Part shown: piece after piece, positions 55,876 to 64,000 of the stretch | How the letters are laid out: each line of letters starts with the position of its first letter | Numbering within the stretch: position 1 is the first letter of the stretch | Program-made: the position numbers and the translations under genes | The notes under the pieces: model-generated | The model's database searches: none | What the model was told of the DNA's origin: nothing | Seen by the model: the letters and a program-made list of their open reading frames with translations, nothing else | DNA from: Eledone cirrhosa | Taxonomy: Eukaryota | Direction of reading: 5' to 3' | DNA length: 64,000 nt | Assembly: GCA_964016885.1 (NCBI GenBank) | Contig: OZ024749.1 | Location: 4,402,001-4,466,000 of the forward strand

Positions 55876-56397
55876 ATATGTATATATATGTGTATATGTG
55901 TATATATGTGTGTATGTATGTATATATATGTAGGTATATATGTATATATACATATACATGTATGTATGTATATATATGTAGGTATATATGTATACATACA
56001 TATACATGTATGTATGTATATATATGTAGGTATATATGTATATATACATATACATGTATGTATGTATATATATGTAGGTACATATGTATATATACATATA
56101 CATGTATGTGTATATATATATGTATGTATATGTATGTATGTATATATGTATGTATGTATGTATACGTATGTATGTATGTATGCATGCATGCATGTATGTA
56201 TGTATGTATGTATGTATGTTTTCTCTTTCTCTTAATTTCGAGTATATTTTTTTGACCGGCCACCTTCCTGGTGGCAAGGTTGTAAAAGAAAAGAAGTTGT
56301 CATCCCTTGAATCGCAAGAATGTTTTGCACATTTTGAAGGAGCCAGCTATCGCAGCCATTTGTAGACTATGAATTAGGGAGCTGCGCTTTTTGTCCG

Positions 56398-57563
56398 CAT
56401 GTATGTATGCATGCATGAATGAATGAAAGTATATATATATATATGCATGCATGAATGAAAGTATATATATATATGCATGCATGAATGAAAGTATATATAT
56501 ATATATGCATGCATGAATGAAAGTATATATATATATGCATGCATGAATGAAAGTATATATATATATGCATGTATGAATGAAAGTATATATGTATATGCAT
56601 GTATGAATGAAAGTATATATATATATGCATGCATGAATGAAAGTATATATATATATATGCATGCATGAATGAAAGTATATATATATATGCATGCATGAAT
56701 GAAAGTATATATATATATGCATGCATGAATGAAAGTATATATATATATGAATGCATGAATGAAAGTATATATATATATATGCATGCATGAATGAAAGTAT
56801 ATATATATATGCATGCATGAATGAAAGTATATATATATATGCATGCATGAATGAAAGTATATATATATATGAATGCATGAATGAAAGTATATATATATAT
56901 ATGCATGCATGAATGAAAGTATATATATATATGCATGCATGAATGAAAGTATATATATATATATGCATGCATGAATGAAAGTATATATATGCATGCATGA
57001 ATGAAAGTATATATGTATATGCATGCATGAATGAAAGTATATATATATGCATGCAGGAATGAAAGTATATATATATATGCATGCACGAATGAAAGTATAT
57101 ATATATATGCATGCATGAATGAAAGTATATATATATATATGCATGCATGAATGAAAGTATATATATATATGCATGCATGAATGAAAGTATATATATATAT
57201 GCATGCATGAATGAAAGTATATATATATATATGCATGCATGAATGAAAGTATATATATATATGCATGCATGAATGAAAGTATATATATATATGCATGTAT
57301 GAATGAAAGTATATATATATATATGCATGTATGAATGAAAGTATATGTATATAGGCATGCATGAAAGAAAGTATATATATATATATATGAATGTATGAAT
57401 GAAAGTATATGTATATATATATGTATGCATGCATGTATGAATGAAAGTATATGTATATATATATATATATATATATGTATGCATGCATGTATGTATGAAT
57501 GAAAGTATATGTATATATATATATATATATATATGTATGCATGCATGTATGTATGAATGAAAG

Positions 57564-57597
<34 letters not shown>
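56398..57597. repeat. ~30-bp minisatellite GCATGCATGAATGAAAG(TA)n
   Basis: Over 30 copies; resumes at 57810-57990 and 58360-58390. Confidence 0.97.
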
Positions 57598-57600
<3 letters not shown>

Positions 57601-57676
57601 CGAAGGAAATGTGGTAAGGAACCAGGTGGACCATAACGCACCAAAGTACTCAATACTTGAGGTAGTAGAGTGGGTA

Positions 57677-57796
57677 ATAGGAACCAGTAAGACCCCGACA
57701 GCTGAGCTCAAGCCGTTTCGACGGCTAATTCTGGACGTCCAGAATTTGCCGTCGAAACGGCTTGAGCTCAGCTGTCGTGGTCTTACTGGTTCCTAT
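57677..57796. repeat. Spacer-free 120-bp palindrome centred on GAC|GTC
   Basis: Arms differ at about 2 positions. Confidence 0.95.
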
Positions 57797-57979
57797 ATAT
57801 ATATGTATATATATATGTATGCATGCATGTATGAATGAAAGTATATGTATATATATATATATATATATGTATGCATGCATGTATGAATGAAAGTATATGT
57901 ATATATATATGTATGCATGCATGTATGAATGAAAGTATATGTATATATAAATATGTATGCATGCATGTATGAATGAAAG

Positions 57980-58044
<65 letters not shown>

Positions 58045-58047
<3 letters not shown>

Positions 58048-58340
58048 AGGTTATAGTTCACTTGAAGCATTGTGTAATGAGGTATAAACGTTAGAATATG
58101 TGTAATAAGGCCAAGACAATGCAGATATGGACATAGAAAGCATGGCTTCATTGGAAATTTAGACGCTGGTCTGAGACTTTTACTTCCCTCCGAAGAAGAG
58201 ATATTATCTCGAAAATTAAGGACATTTAAATAAATTCAAGGTGAAAGACGAATTCTCATCAATATCTTTCACTATTGCATTATTTTTTCTATGTCCATAT
58301 CTGCATTGTCTTGGCCTTATTACACATATTCTAACGTTTA
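58045..58340. mobile_element. HHR-bearing repeat with inversion (family of 14050-14345)
   Basis: 58085-58139 is inverted at 58286-58340; HHR at 58187-58221. Confidence 0.75.
58187..58221 (+). ncRNA. Minimal type I hammerhead (CCGAAGA core)
   Basis: CCT-CCGAAGA-A-GAGAT-ATT-ATCTC-GAAA-AT-TA-AGG. Confidence 0.65.
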
Positions 58341-58689
58341 TATATATATATATATATATGTATGCATGCATGTATGAATGAAAGTATATATATAATATAT
58401 ATATAATATACATATGTATGTTCTTCTGGTTTTATAATTTCACAAATGTTTACCAATAGTCGGTTTCTAACATAGACACAAGACTCTCGCATGGGAATTT
58501 ACACAACATCAACTAGGTAGATTATGTATGCATGTCTGCATGTGTAGATATGCATGTTATTGTATGTGTGGATGTGTATGTTTTGAGTTGTAAGTGTGCA
58601 TTTGTATATGTTTTGTATCTCTACATGTTTATATGCAGTTATTAGATGCACATATTTTTGGAAGGCAGTTATTAGATGCACATATTTTT

Positions 58690-59228
58690 GGAAGTAAATG
58701 GATGTTTTCCACATTGTTGTAGTTTTTAATGTGTTTATTATCGGGGCTGTCTTTTTTACGAACTGCATTGTACAGTGTTTTGGCCACTACATTATGCCTC
58801 GTAGGTAGATAGTACGGTGATGACATCTTTGGACAGCTGCTGATGACATGGGTGATATCATTGATATAAGTTCTGCAGAGTCTGCACTTGTTATCACATC
58901 TAGGTGTTTTGCCTGCATCCCTATCTCTTTTGTGAATCAGGTATTTCGTGTTAATCTCTTGTTCTTGGATTGCAAAAGCGTATCCTTCAAAGTGGGAGCC
59001 CATATAGCGGTTGTTGGTCCAAGATAGACTACTTTCCATATCTATATTACTCTCACTCTGGAGCTCCCTGGCAACCAATCCATGCATGATTTTTTACAGG
59101 TAAGCATGTATTTTTTCATCCATGGATTCACTGCGATACTGTTGAGCGACTTCCCTGGGTGTGAGTTTTTTGATTATCACACAGGAAATATCTCTCAAGG
59201 AGTTCCTTCCCAACTCTCACGATCTTAC
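58690..59228 (-). mobile_element. R4/Dong-like non-LTR retrotransposon fragment
   Basis: MHG...SWT...FEGYAFAIQEQEINTKY...CRLC...ITHVISSC...Y..RHNVVAK (CCHC knuckle preceding the RLE). Confidence 0.8.
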
Positions 59229-60215
59229 ATATATGTATGTATATATGTATGTATGTATGCATATATATGTATTTATATATATATGTATGTATGCATATAG
59301 ATGTATGTATGCATGTATATGTATGTATGCATGTGTGCATATATATGTATGTATATATATGTATGCATGTATGCATATATACGTATGTATATATGCATGT
59401 ATGCATATATACGTATGTATATATGCATGTATGCATATACACGTATGTATATATGCATGTATGCATATACACGTATGTATATATGCATGTATGCATATAT
59501 ACGTATGTATATATGCATGTATGCATATATACATACGTGTATATGCATGTATGCATATACACGTATGTATATATGCATGTATGCATATACACGTATGTAT
59601 ATATGCATGTATGCATATATACGTATGTATATATGCATGTATGCATATATACGTATGTATATATGCACGTATGCATATATACGTATGTATATATGCATGT
59701 ATGCATATGTATACGTATGTATATATGCATGTATGCATATATACGTATGTGTATATGCATGTATGCATATATACGTATGTGTATATGCATGTATGCATAT
59801 ATACGTATGTATATATGCATGTATGCATATGTATACGTATGTATATATGCATGTATGCATATATACGTATGTGTATATGTATGTATGCATATATACGTAT
59901 GTGTATATGCATGTATGCATATATACGTATGTATATGTGCATGTATGCATATGTATACGTATGTATATATGCATGTATGCATATGTATACGTATGCATGT
60001 ATGCATATGTATACGTATGTATATATGCATGTATGCATATGTATATGTATGTATGTATATATGTATATCTATGTGTATATTTATGTATGTATATATGTAT
60101 ATCTATGTGTATATTTATGTATGTATATATGTATATCTATGTGTATATGTATGTATGTATATATGTATATCTATGTGTATATGTATATATATATATATAT
60201 GTTTGTGTATGTATG
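59229..60215. repeat. 30-bp minisatellite ATATGCATGTATGCATATATACGTATGTAT
   Basis: Direct reading. Confidence 0.97.
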
Positions 60216-60422
60216 TGTATGGATATGTCGCCATTAGAAGTGATACTATACTTATGTCCTTCACGCATCCTTCAATAAGCTAGTTGAGGCCGAAGTTCCA
60301 CGTGTGATAAAATTATGAACCTAAAGACACATCACAATGGACCCGGCTCTGGATTGAAAGGACTCTAGTAATGTATATTTCTCCCAAAAATCACTGTATA
60401 TGTGTGTGTGTATATATATATA

Positions 60423-60458
<36 letters not shown>

Positions 60459-61109
60459 TGCATACATACATACATGATGATGGTTGCCACCTCGTTATCG
60501 AGTATCACCATTGCACGATATACCATTATTAATAATTATAAATACATTATATCGTGCAATGCCTGTGCACTGAGCCAATCCCACTGTCTGAGCGACAGTA
60601 GCTATAACCCGAAAAGAAGAAGAGATCAACATCATCGGTAACTACTGAGCCGCAGGTTTTATGTCGGAGTTATCCCAGTTTCCTGAGTTGCTTTCTCCTA
60701 GAAGAATGCCCTGACAAAGGCTAGGGGTCCTTCACTACCAGTGGTTTGAACGAGCGGCACATGTCTATATACATATTTACACACTTTTGGATGGTCGTTG
60801 ACTCTGTGTTGTTCCGCCGCCCATACACCCATACACACACACACACACATGCACACATGCACACATGTACACATGCACATATGTACACATGCATATATGC
60901 ACACGTGTACGCATGCACGCTTGCACACATGTACGCATGTACACCTGCATACATGCATACATGCACACACGCACACATGAATTCATACATACATACATAC
61001 ATGTATGTATCTATGTATGTGTGTGTGTCTGTATATATATATATGTATATGTATAGTGTGTATGAGTATGTATTTGTAGCTATGTCAGCATATGTATATA
61101 TAATAATTT

Positions 61110-61290
61110 TCAACTTTTGGCACAAGGCCAGCAATTTTCAGTGCATTACTGGTACTTTATTTTATCGACCGCGTAAGGATCAAAGGCAAATTAACTTCGG
61201 CGGGATATGAATTCAGAATGACAAGGGCCGTAACTCATGTGTCAAAGCATGGTGTCCGACCCTCTACCCATACTGCCAATTCACCTACAT
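61110..61290 (-). mobile_element. Full-length SINE
   Basis: Reverse complement of the 2795-2980 family. Confidence 0.85.
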
Positions 61291-62284
61291 AATTATGTGC
61301 GCGGGTTTGTGTGGATCTGTGAAACTAACGACACCAATTGCCTTAACGTCAAAGTTAATCATTCTTTATCAATCCAACTCTATCCACGAACTCAAGAAAA
61401 CCAATCACTTATAATTGTATTTACCCTCTCCCCACTCCTCCACAAAGCTCTTTGTCCCAAACAATTAAAACGAAATTTGTCCTTTAAAATCATCCTCAAT
61501 CTGTCATCAAATTACCAACCAGTCCGTAGATATTGCTGATGTAAGGGCGAACCAAACCAATAAGCAGCAGTTGCTTTATTACTTGGTCTCTATAATATTC
61601 TTCTGTGACCAATATACCATTGTCTATTTCTCATTGCAGCCATAGAAAATGAGAATAATCAGCAAAATTACTCTCTATTCCTAAACCACGAATAAACTTG
61701 AATAGTTACATAGACACCCACTGAGGTAAAATACAAGTTCAATACCATGGATGGAAATATCTAAACTAAACAGCGTGTATCACGAAGTATTCTACTACAG
61801 AACCTATAGCACCCATCCAACAGATTAGCAGCTAAGCAATTCCAGAACCAATAAAGTTTAAAACAATAACGAAGGGCAGCGACATCTAAGCAATAAATAA
61901 CGAATTACGTCCGCATGAAACTTATACTAAACAATAGGAAGCTTTAGGCCATTCAGGCACACCATATATAATCCACAGGTTAACTATGAATAGTCTGTTA
62001 TACGATAAAATGTGTAACAATGATAATAATTGAGACAGACATTGGAAAATATATACAATCCAAACATCACAAATACTATTAACAGCCTTTTGTAATGCAA
62101 AACAAAGAATTAACTAAGGTGAATGAGAAACATTGGAATATCATCTCACTCGTACTAAGAAGTACGTAATAACCTACTAACTAGAATAAAGTATTTAACA
62201 TTATGGAAACTATTGACACCCATACCTTTCAAAGTGGGATTGTCCTAAACCACTTCAATTGTAATTCACCCATTCCGCTCCTTA

Positions 62285-63272
<988 letters not shown>

Positions 63273-64000
63273 AACACAATATGTAGAAACGATAATACAC
63301 TAGAGAGAGAGAGAGATAGTGCGCCATCAGTCAGACAGGGAAAAACCACCAGTGCATGGAATCTTTTCTACATATTGTATTATAAAGAGCTCGGGATTCC
63401 TCCTTCTCCTTTGAGCACATTACTGACAGGGAATAGTGAGTCTATGGAGGGAATGGGTAAGCCAGTCAAGTGCTAAAAGTAAATTCTATACAGCAATTTC
63501 TAAGGAGTGAGGATAAAGTAGGCTAGCTAAACAGCAAGCGAAAATAGAATTATACAGGAATCTGAAAATGGGAAATTATAAAATTATAAAACTAGTCTAA
63601 AACAAGAAAACCGTGAATAATAAAATACATCTAATTCAGGACCCCGGGTCTTCATCTCATAACGGTAAAATATCAATAACGATGCACCCCACCACCCTAA
63701 AAAAGAAAACAGCTGCTGTATTTTTAGCTGGTGTTGTGTTTTCAGCCAATACTATATAGATTTAACAAGGCTGGAGGTACTGAGGCTACAAAAACTCGAC
63801 GGGCTGCCTCAGGGTATGAGAAAGAGGGAAAAGGAAGAGAAGAGATTGGAAGGAAGTGGGAAGAAGAGATAAGGAGGAAAAAAGAAAAGTATTAGATCTA
63901 CCTATGTATGCTGGAGTTTTCCCCTATCTTGTTCGGCAAGTGGGGAAATGAATGATGTTATAGCCAATGTTTACCCACCCGGGTCGTGAGGGGGTTTGAT

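Noticed and set aside
60600-62270. Possible RTE 5' region (60640-60730, minus) and very decayed PLE (61330-62270)
   Set aside because: Only faint resemblance; not supportable without alignment

Overview
AT-rich, microsatellite-saturated animal DNA with no recognisable host exon. The tRNA-derived SINEs resemble those I know from octopod cephalopods (inference, not a search result). Nearly all ORF-track entries are translated (TA)n/(TG)n/(CA)n repeats. The window is dominated by Penelope-like retroelements (PLEs). One is a near-intact partial-tandem element (46227-51845; RT plus C-terminal GIY-YIG, Naiad-like, one frameshift) with three decayed relatives. Seven remnants belong to a second, YRDD-type (Nematis-like) group. 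Also present are RTE, CRE-like and R4/Dong-like LINE fragments, a deleted mariner-type transposon, a TTAA MITE and many SINEs. The main hidden signal is RNA-level: reading by eye I find about 30 type I hammerhead ribozyme (HHR) motifs from about a dozen sequence families. Seven lie in a homogeneous 466-bp tandem array (41985-45397; five monomers, an inversion, then 2.3 monomers) that looks like a non-LTR retrozyme beside its plausible PLE helper. Many HHRs share a mismatch at the 10.1-11.1 position, a palindromic stem III, sometimes a CCGANGA core, and stem II extensions of up to about 100 nt. All structures were paired by eye and none is validated.
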